Part shown: positions 13,400-25,104 of the stretch, one piece after another | How the letters are laid out: the number at the start of each line of letters is the position of its first letter | Numbering within the stretch: position 1 is the stretch's first letter | Assembly: GCF_030144855.1 (NCBI RefSeq) | Contig: NC_082719.1 | Location: 67,208,001-67,272,000 of the forward strand | Direction of reading: 5' to 3' | From: Hypanus sabinus | Taxonomy: Eukaryota | DNA: 64,000 nt | Position numbers and translations under genes: made by a program | The notes under the pieces: generated by a model | What the model was told of the DNA's origin: nothing | What the model saw: the letters and a program-made list of their open reading frames with translations, nothing else | Databases searched by the model: none

Positions 13400-16220
13400 G
13401 ATGGGAACCAGAGCACCAGGTCAGAGAATGGAGGGATCCAGAGGAAGGGAGATGTCAAAACAGGCAAGACCAAAGTAATAGATACAATGGTGTGGATAGT
13501 TTGAAGTGTTGCGTCCTTTAATGGCAGGAGTATTAGGGTAACTTAGTGCATGGATCAGAACATGGAACTATGATGTTGTGACCATTACAGAGACTTTGTT
13601 GAGAGACGGACAGGAATGGGTGCTTAATATCCCAGGTACCAATGTTTTAGAAAAGATAGTGAGGGAGGTGAAAGAGGAGAGGAGGAGTTGCACTACTAAT
13701 CAAGGACAATATCTCAGTTGCACTCAGAGGGAACATAATGAAGTGCTTGTCCACTGAGCCTCTATAAGTAGATCTCAAAAATTGGAAAGGTGCAGCATTC
13801 TATTGGGTATTTCCAGACTCTGAAAACCACTGGGACATTGAGGAACAGATACACAGGCAGATTCAGGAAAGGTGTAAAAACAATAAGGTTTTTGTCTTGG
13901 GGACTTCAACTTCCCTAATATAAACTGGGACCATCTTAGTGCAACGAGATTAGCTGGAGTAGAATTTGCCAGGAGCACCCTGGATGGTTTCTATAACCAA
14001 TATAATCAAGAGGAGGACCTGCACTGGACCTGGTGCTGGATAAAGAACCTGCCCAAGTGACCAACAATTCAATGAGGGGTGAGTAGTTAAGGAACAGTAA
14101 CCATAACTCCTTAAATTTCAAGTTTTAAGATAGCCATAGATAAGGATAAATAAGTGTTAAACTAGAGCAGGGTAAATTATGAGAGCATGAGGCAGGAGTT
14201 AATTGGGAACAGATGTATCTGGGCAAGTCCACAACCAACACATAGAGGGTGTTTAAAGACCAACTGCACAGAGTAGGTATGTTCCAGTTAGAAGGAACGA
14301 CAAGGATGGCAAGGTAAGAGAAACTTGGATGTTGAGGGAGGTGCTGATTTTAGTCAAGAAAAGAAAGGAAGAGTATATAAGTATTAGGAAGCTAGAATCA
14401 AACAGAGCCCTTGAGACTTATAAAGAAGCCAGACAAAAAAGAAGGTGATTATGAAAGCCAGGTGGGGCCATCAAATGTACTTGGTAATTAGGAATAAAAG
14501 GAATCCCATACATCTGGACCAACTAGGGCAAGAGTAGGACCACTTAAGGACAAAGGTGGTAACATTTGCTTGGATGCGAAGGATGTGAATAAGGAGCTTA
14601 ATGAATATTCTACATCAGTATTTACCAAGGAAAAAGATGTGGAGGATAGGGAGATCAGTGCTGAGACTATTAATATGCTAGCGCATTTTGAGGTAAAGGA
14701 GGAGGTAGCGTTGGGTCTCTTGAAGAACATCAAGGTGGATGTCTCCATGGCCTGATGGTATATAGCCCAGGTTATTGAGGTAGGCAAGTGAAGAGATTGC
14801 TAGAGTCTTAACTAATATCTTTCTGTCCTGCCCACAACACTGGCAAGTAGCTAACGTTGCTCTATTGTTCAAGAAGGGCATCAGGGATAAATCTGGAAAC
14901 TGTAAACCAGTGAGGCTCACGTCAGTGGTAGGGAAGTTACTGAAGAGAATTCTTAGGGATAGAATTTATGAGCATTGAGAAAACCATGACCTGTTTTGGG
15001 AGAGTCAACATGACTTGCTAAATTGACTGAGGTTTTTTTTGACAAGGTGATGAGGGTGATTGATGAAGGTTGATCAATGGATGTTGCCTACATAGATTTT
15101 GGTAAGGTGTTTGACAAGGTCCCTCATGCAGGGATCATCTAGAAGATTAAGATGCATGGGATCAATAATCAATGGTGGATTCAGAACTGCCTTGCCTATA
15201 GAAGACAGAATATGGTGGTCAGAGGAATTTATTCCACCTGGAGGTCTGTGATTAGTGGTGTTCCCCAGGTATCTATGTTGGGACCGCAGCCATTTGTGAT
15301 GTATTTAACTGACCTGGATGAAACCGTAAATTAGTGAGCTAGTAAGTTTGTCGATGATGTAAACATTACTGGTGTTGTGGTAGCATAAATGCCTGGTAAA
15401 GAATCCAGTGGAATATAGATCAGTTGCACATATGGGTAGAGAAAAGGGAAAATGTGAAGTGTTGCACCTGGGTAGGTTAAATGTAAAGAGACAGTACAAT
15501 GTGCAACAGTGGTGATGAGCAGAGGGAGCTTGGGGGCCAAGTTCATAGCTTCCCGAAAGTGGCTACACGCTTGATAGGGTGGTTAAGAAGACATAAGAGA
15601 TAGTTGCCTTTATTAGTCAGGGGCTTTGGAGAGAGTTCAGAAGAGGTTTACTAAGATTTTGCCTGGATTAGAGGCATGTGCTATAATGAGAGGTCTTGGC
15701 CCCAAACATCGTCAGTGCTTCTCCCTATAGATGCTGCCTGGCCTGCTGCATTCCACCAGCATTTTGTGTGTGTTGCTTGAATTTCCAGCATCAGGAGATT
15801 TCCTCGTGTTGGACAAACTTCTGCTGTTTCTGCTGGAGCAGTAGATGCTGAAGAGAAATCTAATATAAGGTTATAAGATTATGAGAGGCATAGATACAGT
15901 AGACAGACAGTATCTTTTCCCAGGGTTGAAATGTCTAATACCAGAGGACATGCCTTTAAGGTGAAGGGTGTAATTTTAAAGGAGATGAGACAGGCAAGTT
16001 TTTACACGGAGAGTAGTGGTGCCTGGAACATGCTGCCTGGAGTAGTGGTAGAGGCCGATGCATTTGGATGTTTTAAGAGATATTTAAATAGGCACATGAA
16101 TGTAAGGAAAAAGGAAGGATATGGACATTGTGTATGTAGAAGAGATTAATTTGTTAGCCATTTGCTTACTAATTAAATTGGTTCAGTACAACATTGTGTG
16201 CTGTAACACATGTTCTACAT
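13400..16220 (+). mobile_element. Near full-length but degenerate CR1 ORF2 (APE endonuclease + RT)
   Basis: ITET (~13585), GDFNFP (~13900), PALDLVL, YIDFGKVFDKVPH (~15090), SGVPQ.S.LGP, KFVDD, NTRGH; a Penelope-like terminus is inserted at ~15695-15810. Confidence 0.9.
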
Positions 16221-16878
16221 TCTCTGTTCCTCACCTGGTTCCACCCATTATATGCCAACCCCTCACTCTCCACTCCTCTTACTCTTTATATTGGCTCTCT
16301 CCCCTCTGCGCTCTCATTTGTGATGCAGGGTCCTGACCCAAAAACTCGACCATCCCTCTGCCTCTGCGGAAGCTATTCAATCAAGCTGGGCTGAAGTGTC
16401 CACTTTTTAATGTTGTATAGCTCTACATCTCTATGACATTATGACCCACTGTGTTCCCTCCAGCATTGTGACCGGTTGTATCACTGCTTGGTATGGAGCC
16501 TCCTCAAAAGCGGCTACAGAGAGTTGTAAACTCAGCCAGCTCCATTGTGGGCACAAGTCCCTGCTCCAATGGTGACTAAAGGACGGGACCAGCAACCAAT
16601 GCAGCCAAAGGCAATGTCCTACAGACAGTTCACAAAGCTACTTCTTCTTTTGAATATGCCTCCACTGCAAAACTATGTGCAATTGCAGCCTGTGATTTAC
16701 ATTTTGATTCTGTGTTTTTAACCTGACTAAGCGACCTGGCACTTTTGCTCTCTCTGGAGCAATTTGACAAGGTTAAGAGCGAAATGTGCTGCCTCATGAC
16801 GAAGTGTGAAACCATGATCGTGTCTATTACTCTTTGCCAATCTTGCTGATTTAAACGTCCAGTGAGATTGAAGTTGAC

Positions 16879-17090
16879 AAGCAACACACACAAAATGCAG
16901 GAGGAACTCAGCAGGCCAGGCAGAATCTATAGAAAAGAGTAAACAGTCAACGTTTTGACCCTGCTGAAGGGTCTCGGCCCGAAACATTGACTATACTTTT
17001 TTCCATAGCTGCTGCCTGGCCTGCTGAGTTCCTCCAGCATTTTGTGTGTGGTGCTCGGATTTCCATTGTCTGCAGGTTTTCTCTTGTCTG
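16879..17090. mobile_element. Fold-back pair of Penelope-like termini
   Basis: acacacaaaatgcaggaggaactcagcaggccaggcag... is followed by its reverse complement ...ctgcctggcctgctgagttcctccagcattttgtgtgt. Confidence 0.8.
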
Positions 17091-17469
17091 TGATTGAAAT
17101 TGACAAGGATGAGAGCAGAACACAAGCAAATGTTCAGTGCTGTCTGCCTGCCTTTGACCAGTGTCCCTTCCTCTCTTGCTTGCTGCTGCTGGAGGAATGG
17201 GCAGGAGTTTGGGGGCCCATGTTGCAAGGTCTGATTAGGTCTGCTCATGGCTGTGAACTGGTTTTTGGATGATTCTGTGGTTCATGGTTATTCTCTCTGG
17301 TTACTAGGTTTCTGGTTACTCTTTTTTCACTGTTTTGCATGATTTGATTGGAATGCTTCAACATTGACTGGCTCTGGGGCCAGCAGTCAATGAACGACAC
17401 AGCGCTAAACTGAACTGAACACTCAGACCATTTTGAGGACAAGGCAATTTGATTCTGACTTGCTTCAAT

Positions 17470-18135
17470 GAGGACCCTCACTATCTAGGACATTCCCTCT
17501 TCTCATTATGACCCTCAAAAGCTAAGTGAGTGCATGCAGGCTCCTGTATCTACTCTGCATCAGGGGGGGAGGTACTGGAGCCTAAAGACCACATGCAGCG
17601 TTTTAGGGGGAGCTTTAGTCATCAGATTTCTAAATGGTTCATGAATGCTTGAACACTACCTCATTATTCCTCTTTTGCATTATTTCTTTCTTTCATCTTG
17701 CACTGTACTGCTGCCAGTGTTCCAAATGTTAAAAGGCCTGAACAGATATGGCAAAGTTATTTCCCATGGTAGGGGATTCTAGGACAAGAGGGCACAACTT
17801 CAGGATTGAGGGACGTCCATTTAGAACAGAAATGAGGAGAAATTACTTTAGTCAGAGGGTGGTAAATCTATGGAATTTGTTGCCATGAGCGCCTGTGGAG
17901 GCCAAGTCACTGGGTGCATTTAAGGCAGAGGTAGATATGTTCTTGATTAGCCAGGCATCAAAGGGTATGGGGTGAAAGGGGAGATGGGATGACTGGAAGA
18001 ATTGGATCAGCCCATGATTGAATGGCGGAGCAGACTCGATGTGCCAAATGGCCTACTTCTGCTCCTATATCTTACGGTCTTATGCCAGAAAACAACACAT
18101 GCCAACCATAATAAACCTGATTCTGATTTTGATCT
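17470..18135 (+). mobile_element. Rex1-type 3' end with a nested CR1 3' end (~17725-18085)
   Basis: CR1 'tctaggacaagagggcac..gtcagagggtggtaaatcta' sequence; the Rex tail 'aataaacctgattctgatt' resumes afterwards. Confidence 0.7.
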
Positions 18136-18429
18136 GCATTTTCTGGTGCCTCTAGTAATTTTTTGTCTCATTTAGTCGAGTATGTAAAATCTCTTGTCTC
18201 CTCCTTGAAAAATTACTTTCAAGTGCCATGAAGTCACTAAAGGTCCTTGTTCACTGCCATGGATGTTTTTGAGTGATCATCACACATACATATCGACCAG
18301 GGTCAAGTTAATGTAAAAGATACCAATCCTACTTTAATCTTATAAGAACAGGTTAAGGAAAATGCATCCTATTGGGCTCAAATTTCCTGGGGTGGGAGTG
18401 GCATGATTCCTGCAGATTGTAACAGTACT

Positions 18430-18884
18430 CATTCTCCTTGAGCTATATTCACGGGATCATTGATCATAAGTCCTCTCATTTCCAATGCCTCATTCACCCC
18501 ACTAATGAATGACTGCATTACACTTCATGGCGGTCAGCTCAGCCGCTTAGATAGATTGTGGATCTTGCTTCTCTATACTTCAGCCAGCAGAGTTGGAACC
18601 TGGGAGATTGAAGTCCATATATAAGCTGACAAGCTCTGCATCTAATAAGGCAGCAGTTATGCTATTGCAATCTGTGAAGGAACAAATTTTCCATCCAACT
18701 CTGAGCTTGAAATCAATAACTGAACATTCTGTTTCCAGGAGTATTCCTGGCTTTGCTAATAAAATAAGAACCATGCATCTGCTGCCTAACTCCACAGGGA
18801 TCTGGTGTTGCCCTTTTCATGTCACATCACAAGTTGCTCTTCAAACAGTTGCTTTTGCATCTTGTTTAGTATCAGTTTGAATGT
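18430..18884 (-). pseudogene. Possible downstream exon remnant(s)
   Basis: Strong acceptor cactttttattttgctttag|. Protein-like stretches TFKLILNKMQKQLFEEQLVM* and SVMQSFISGVNEALEMRGLMINDPVNIAQG, with many stops between them. Confidence 0.33.
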
Positions 18885-20211
18885 CTAAAGCAAAATAAAA
18901 AGTGTAGCAGAAGACATTGGCTTACGGTTTGATAAATCTCATAAATAAAATAGAAAGGATTGTGAATTAAGTATATCCTCAGGAGAAGAGAGGGAAATTT
19001 TAATATAATTACTTATTATAAATATTTAATATTTCAATCATTATAATAGCATGGTGATTGAGTTCTATAGAGCCGGAAAATTAGGTAAAATCAATTATTC
19101 CAAACAAGTCTTGCAGGTCTGATTAAAACAGAAAGAATGTGTGTTATTAAAATCTTATCAATGCTAAAATACACTTTGGGATAGACTGCCTGGATCTTGT
19201 CTTTAATTGTGTTTTTGCTCTTTTTCATTCAGTTTTTATATTTCACTAAATTGTTAACCAATATCTTGATACATTAATCAGTTGTTAATAAATCACAAGG
19301 GTTGAAAATAATTATTCTTTATCAATTTTCAGACTGGCAGGGCCTGGATCTAATTCTTATTTTTAACTCCCCTTGAAAATCTAGTAGTTAATCCAGTTTT
19401 TGAATTGCTGTGGAGCATGCACCAGAATATATACAGTATATATATAATATGAGCATGGTGCTGTTCAGTCGATATTTCCAATTTCTTTGTCAGCAATAAT
19501 ACAGGAAAAGCAATACATATCCTTGTCAGGATGCTGTAAGATTTGCAGGAGAACTTATTGGTGGTTGCACATCCATTTCATGAAGAGGTAATTGCTGCTA
19601 TTGCAGGAGCTATTGATAAGTTTGATTAAATTTGAATAATGTTGATAAAAGTTATAGCATATATCAACTGCACACTTTGACATTATTGCAAAAGAAAATG
19701 TACTAATGAAATCAGCTGTTTTCCATTATTGCTGTTACAGGATTCACAGGGCTGAGTGATTGCTCGATTTTAGGATGTATGAGATAACATTAAGTGAAAA
19801 ACAACTTTGTGGTAAAACAATTATTTTTGTAAAGTAATGTAAATCAGCTTTTAGTTCAAGCTCAAAGGATCAGTAGGCCTAACTTTGGTGGTATCATTCT
19901 ACATATGAATGAGTGAAAGTGCCATACTAGAGAGGACTTATAATTCAGAATATCATATGATTCAGGGCAATCTAGGCTTTACTGTTAAAGGCTCTGATTT
20001 ACTTGTAGGTTATGCATGTGTTCAGAGTATTTGGACATAGAAAATATGAATGATATGCTTATGGGCAAATTGATGCAAAGTTACAACAATGGTTACACCT
20101 CAAACTGTTCTTCAGCATAATAGAGTACTCTGGGTTGACTTGACATTCTGAACAGTATTGTACAATTGGAGCTTTATCTTGCTTATCCCAGACTGCATTA
20201 AAAATACTGTT

Positions 20212-20914
20212 TGTGTTGCCAGTAAGGCATTTATTTAGCTTTATTACATTTTCGCTTTAGTAATTTGTTTGTAATTATATTCTAAGTTAAGGTTGATAAC
20301 TACGTTGCAGTTGTTGAAGGTAAATTCATTGTCTGTAATGTATCACGGCATGTGATGACGCCACACTCGGTTTTGCCGCGTCTAGTGGGTAAATACCGGT
20401 TTGGAGAAATGGGAAGGGGAGGGCTTGTGTGTGCAGGATCAGCGCGAGAAAAGTTCCATTCCTACACACTAAGAAACATCATAGAACTAACACCGAAAGT
20501 TCATAAGACAGTCGATATGTTGAAGTAAAAATGTTATTGCTGATTCTGTTAAAAGAAATGATGATTGATAAAGTTTATTTTCTTGTGCTATTGAAAGCGT
20601 TGCTAGAAAGTTTGTGATGAAGTGTATTTAAAGCTGTTGATGGCGTAGGTAGATTCTGACAGTATGTTGTACTCTAATGAGACTTTAATGTAATATAGTT
20701 TATAATTTTACAAGTATTTATGGTGCAAATGTGATGCCAAGAAGGAAACAGATGCTGTATATATTTTGTAGTGTTTTATCAACAGTTTTCACCATTCGTT
20801 AATGTGGAAGAGTGAACAATAAATGGTTAATCTTACTGCAATCCTGTCTTCATTGACCTCAGTTTAACTTGGTATTTAGTTCAGAGTTTCTACACCCTGC
20901 ACGAGAACACTAAA
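20212..20914. mobile_element. Probable solo LTR (~703 bp), 5-bp TSD
   Basis: CTGTT at 20207-20211 and 20915-20919; starts TG and ends AA (CA expected); CpG-richer core than its flanks. Confidence 0.5.
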
Positions 20915-21174
20915 CTGTTATCTGCAGAAACATGAAGATTATTATCATTACTGATGGGTTTCTGAAATGCCAGGTAGCAATGGAAGTTTTGGTGAGGAAA
21001 CTCATCAAAATTAGTTGTTGTATCTTCATTGAAGGTGCAGAAAAAGGCACGTATGTATCAGCCTCAATCGGTATCTAGATCTTTCCTGGTATAGACTCAC
21101 TGCTGAGCAAGTGTGAGATTGAATCAGCTCTAGTCCTCCCCATTAAACAGTAATTTAGGTAAATTACAGGCAAT

Positions 21175-21680
21175 AAACAGGAGAGGGTCCAGAGCAGGTT
21201 CACAAGGATGATTCCTGGAATGAAAGGGTTATCATACGTGGAACGTTTGATGGCTCTGGGTCTGTACTTGCTGGAATTCAGAAGGATGGGGGGGGGATCT
21301 CACTGAAACCTTTCAAATGTTGAAAGGCCTAGACAGAGTAGACATGGAAAGGATGTTTCCCATGGTGGGAGAGTCTAGGACCAGAGGACTCAGCCTCAGG
21401 ATAGAGGGGCACCCTTTCAAAACAGACATACTGTACAGAGAAATTTCTTTAGCCAAAGGGTGGTGGATTTGTGGAATTTGTTGCCACATGCAGCTGTGGA
21501 GGCCAGGTTGTTGGGTGTATTTAAGGCAGAGATTGATTGGACATGGCATCAAAGGTTACAGAGGGAAGGCTGGGGACTGGGCTTGAGGAGTAGAAAAAAA
21601 AGATCACCCATGATTGAATGGTGGAGCAGACTTGATGGGCCATACTGCCTAATTCTGCTCCTATGTCTTATGGTCTCTTA
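21175..21680 (+). mobile_element. CR1 LINE 3' end
   Basis: ERVQSRFTRMIPGMKGLSY..KGLDRVDMERMFPMVGESRTRG; tail 'atgtcttatggtct'. Confidence 0.88.
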
Positions 21681-21973
21681 AGTGCATAATGGACATGTGA
21701 TGGAAAATGTCTTATGGTCTAAACACTTTAAATGACCAACAGCATCTTCAAGAGGAAAGAATGATAATCCATGAAATTTTAAAAAATCTGTATAACTGGA
21801 TATATAATCTGGAAATTAGCCCTTTTATTCCAATAATTTAATATTAGAGTGTAAGCATTTTGAAATACAACAATATTTAGACACATTACTATCCAATATC
21901 TAAATTATTCTCATTCAAGTTTTCAGCTGAACAAAGAAATCAATTCCACATTGAGGGTGCGACTTCTGTGGAC

Positions 21974-22228
21974 CTCATCCTTCAATTCTTCTTTGAGTTC
22001 TTTTGTCAAATAAACTTCAAAACTAATCCTGATTATTTCCAGTTAGAACAGATATGGACAGGAATATGTGGATGATTCAAAATTAAGGGTCCATAATGAT
22101 GATGCAATAGCTGAGCAAGTGTTGTTGAACACACACTGAAGCTTTGTAATGCACAGCAGAGCTGTTTTACATTTGTGACTATGGTATCAACCCCATTGCT
22201 GTGTATGGACGATCATCAGAAAAACTGT
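21974..22228 (-). pseudogene. Possible downstream exon remnant
   Basis: Acceptor ttttacgtctactgtcgcag|. A long frame with two stops ends IIRISFEVYLTKELKEELKDE|gt. Confidence 0.28.
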
Positions 22229-22959
22229 CTGCGACAGTAGACGTAAAACCGAATGAATGAAATCTGATGGTAAACAAACATTTGTATCTTATCAGCAATT
22301 TCTGTTTTATGTCTGCTGTTCTGCAATGACTGGGAAGCTTTGTCTAATGGAAAACTATCGAATAGTGTTATTTATAAGGAAGTCTTTGTGCAATCTTGCG
22401 ATGATGACATGTAAACACTTGTAAAAGATATGCATGTGAAGGTCTTTTTCTTCACTTATTGAAAGTTAAAGATTATGCTGGTACCGCAATGTGTTTGTAG
22501 GAATGTATCTACCTACCTGAGGGAGGGGTGAGGCCATGAGCTGCTAAAAGTATTCTTATAGCATTCTTAATCATTTAATTTTTTCCTTTTTTTATCTTTG
22601 TATACCTCAATGGCTTGCTTGGCGTTGCAGAGATCTAAAAGTCGCCCACAAATATCATAGTTTGAAATCACATTATTTCAATCTGGCAAGGACAATAGAT
22701 TTTCTTTTAAAAGATACTTTGAACCTACTGCAATTAACCAACAATTCAACTGATTCAACTTTGCTATGTAGAATCTTGTGCTCTCTGGACTAATCCCAAG
22801 GACACACACAGGGATAGCAGTAGATGCTGCTGGACTTCATTTCACTGAAAGATCAGCACTAATCTTGCTGAGCTTCCAGTTTAGGGAGATTGCTATAGAA
22901 CTGCAATCTCTCTAAACTGGAAACTTGGTGTGTCTTGATATGGTAAATGCTCTACCCAT

Positions 22960-23940
22960 GACTACAAGAGACAGCAGAGAGCTGTGGATACAGCACAACA
23001 CTCCACAGAAACCAACCTCCCCTCCATGGACTCTGTGTTCACTTCACACTAACTCTGTATAGTTGCCAACATAATCAATGAACCACCTACTCTGAATATT
23101 CTCTCTTCTCCCCTCTCCCACCTGGCAAGAGATATGAAAACTCAAGGACAGTTTTCGTCCTGCTCTTAAACAATTCCTTAGCATGATAAGAGTGGACTCC
23201 TGACCTCTCAATATTCCTTGTGGTGACCTCGCACCTTATAGACTACTGGCACTGCACGTTCTCCATCGATTGTACAGCCTGTTTTTGTTTTACCTTGTAC
23301 AACCTCAATACACTGCTGTAATGGATTGATTTGTATGGACAGCGTGCTCAGGATCTTCACTGTGCCTTGGTACATTGACAATAATAAATCGTTATTAATT
23401 TATCAACCAACACAGAGGATCAGTGGGGAAAGATCATGGGTGGAGCTCACCCACCATTGCACATCTAGAGGCTGGAGCCAATCTAAATCTCTCTTGGCTG
23501 ATTGCATCAGATAATGTTAATTATAAATGTAATTATAAATGGACACTGCATTCATCATTAAGGACACCCATCACTGAGGGCGTGGCTTATTCTCATTATT
23601 ACCATCAGGAAGGCAGTGAAGGAGCATGAAGGCATGCATTCAATGATTCAGGATTAGCTTCCCCTCTGCCATTCGATTTCTGAATGGACATTGAACCCAT
23701 GAACGCTGCGTCACTACCTTTCTTATTTTTACACTACTTATTTAATTTAACTACTTTATGTTCATATATAAAGACCATTAGGTTAGCAGTGAAACCTTTA
23801 CCAGGGCATTACACACACACACATGTACACACACATACTGTAGATCACAGTATTTTTCTATTATTAGGTTTTGCGTTGTACAGCTGCCACAAACACAAAC
23901 AATTTCATGACATTTACTGGTGATATTAAACCTGATTTGG
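22960..23940 (+). mobile_element. Two Rex1/Babar-type 3' fragments
   Basis: QRAVDTAQH.TETNLPSMD-like remnant; 'atcattaaggac..ccatcaggaagg' motif and tails. Confidence 0.6.
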
Positions 23941-24518
23941 AAGTAAAATGAGCGTGTTATGTATTTAAACTAACAGCTTATTATTGGGTTAAATAAAATT
24001 ATAAAATACGATGTGTAACATTTTAACGATATTTAATCTAGATTTATGAATTTTTATATAATGAGCTTATTTGAAATAAAAATAAACCAAAAAAAAATCA
24101 ACATTTACACTGTCCCACTATTTCAGATGAAAATTATCTCAAGGTAGTATATAGTGATCAAATTAAGTACATATAATACATTTACTTTGAACATTGAGAT
24201 GAATTAATATTCCATATGCATTGGCAAAAGGTGCTTCTCATGCCATTGTTGCTTGCTCATACTGGAATTGAACTGGAATAAAAATTCTGTAATAATTTAA
24301 TTGCAAAAATTTTTAGTGATGTAATAATAGTAAGATCAGAATATTGATTTTTGCAGTAATGCACAAGGAATTATAAGATATTCTTGTTTCTCTAATCCAT
24401 TTGCACCAGATGGTGTGGTGTTCCAGACTTGTTAAGTCCGTGCCAGTGAACAGATCACAGCCACGGAAACACTGATGTCTCTGACAGGAAGGAGAAGAGA
24501 GGCAGCAAGCGTCCTCAC

Positions 24519-24805
24519 ACTGATTGATACTCCCCCTGTGTACGGGGAAGTTTCCAGGGGACTGCGATGACACCTGGTTTCACTGCCACAATCCACACGT
24601 TAAGTGAGTTCACAGATATTGTTCTGGTATACATATGTGGATGCAAACATCTCAATGCCTTGAGAATGGAGCACGGCAGCATTGTCTGGCGTACGGTTGA
24701 GGAAGCAAGTGGAAAGCAGTTTGTGTTGGACTCACTACTGAGTGCAGTGGTGAGGGCAGATGCTCCACAACTGATCTCCATCTCATATCTGACTTTCTGA
24801 TTGAC
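24519..24805 (-). pseudogene. Exon encoding a GPS-like motif
   Basis: Acceptor cagcttccttgcag|. Translates VNQKVRYEMEISCGASALTTALSSESNTNCFPLASSTVRQTMLPCSILKALRCLHPHMYTRTISVNSLNVWIVAVKPGVIAVPWKLPRTQGEYQS. The 'C.PL.SST.RQT..C' and 'VIAVP' segments resemble the PKD1/PKDREJ GPS. The 3' boundary is approximate. Confidence 0.6.
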
Positions 24806-25104
24806 CTGCAAGGAAGCTGTGGTAGTTTTTCCTCTACAGAACCACCAGATAGAAGTGACTTCATTTTGATCCATTATCCGTTGAATGTTACAGTTTAATA
24901 ACTTTTAGTTTAATGTAGAAGACAGCCTGCTTCTTTATCTATTCCCCGGTATAGTGGGATTATTGAAAAAACGAGTCGAATATAGCTGGCAGCTGGTATT
25001 CAGTCACACTTACACCACCGTTGTAAGTCTGTGATGTACTGAGTTGACAGATCCCGGTATGCCAGTCACTCTGCTTTGCCAATGGACGCCGTACGACCAA
25101 GGAA

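Noticed and set aside
24406-24450. Plus-strand 'RWCGVPD' resembling an MMP cysteine switch after an AG
   Set aside because: A stop follows within 7 codons and there are no other MMP exons; coincidental.
24515-24874. ORF read as a standalone 119-aa protein with a PDZ-binding C-terminus (EYQSV)
   Set aside because: An internal splice acceptor and GT donors at the stop suggest it is an internal exon instead.
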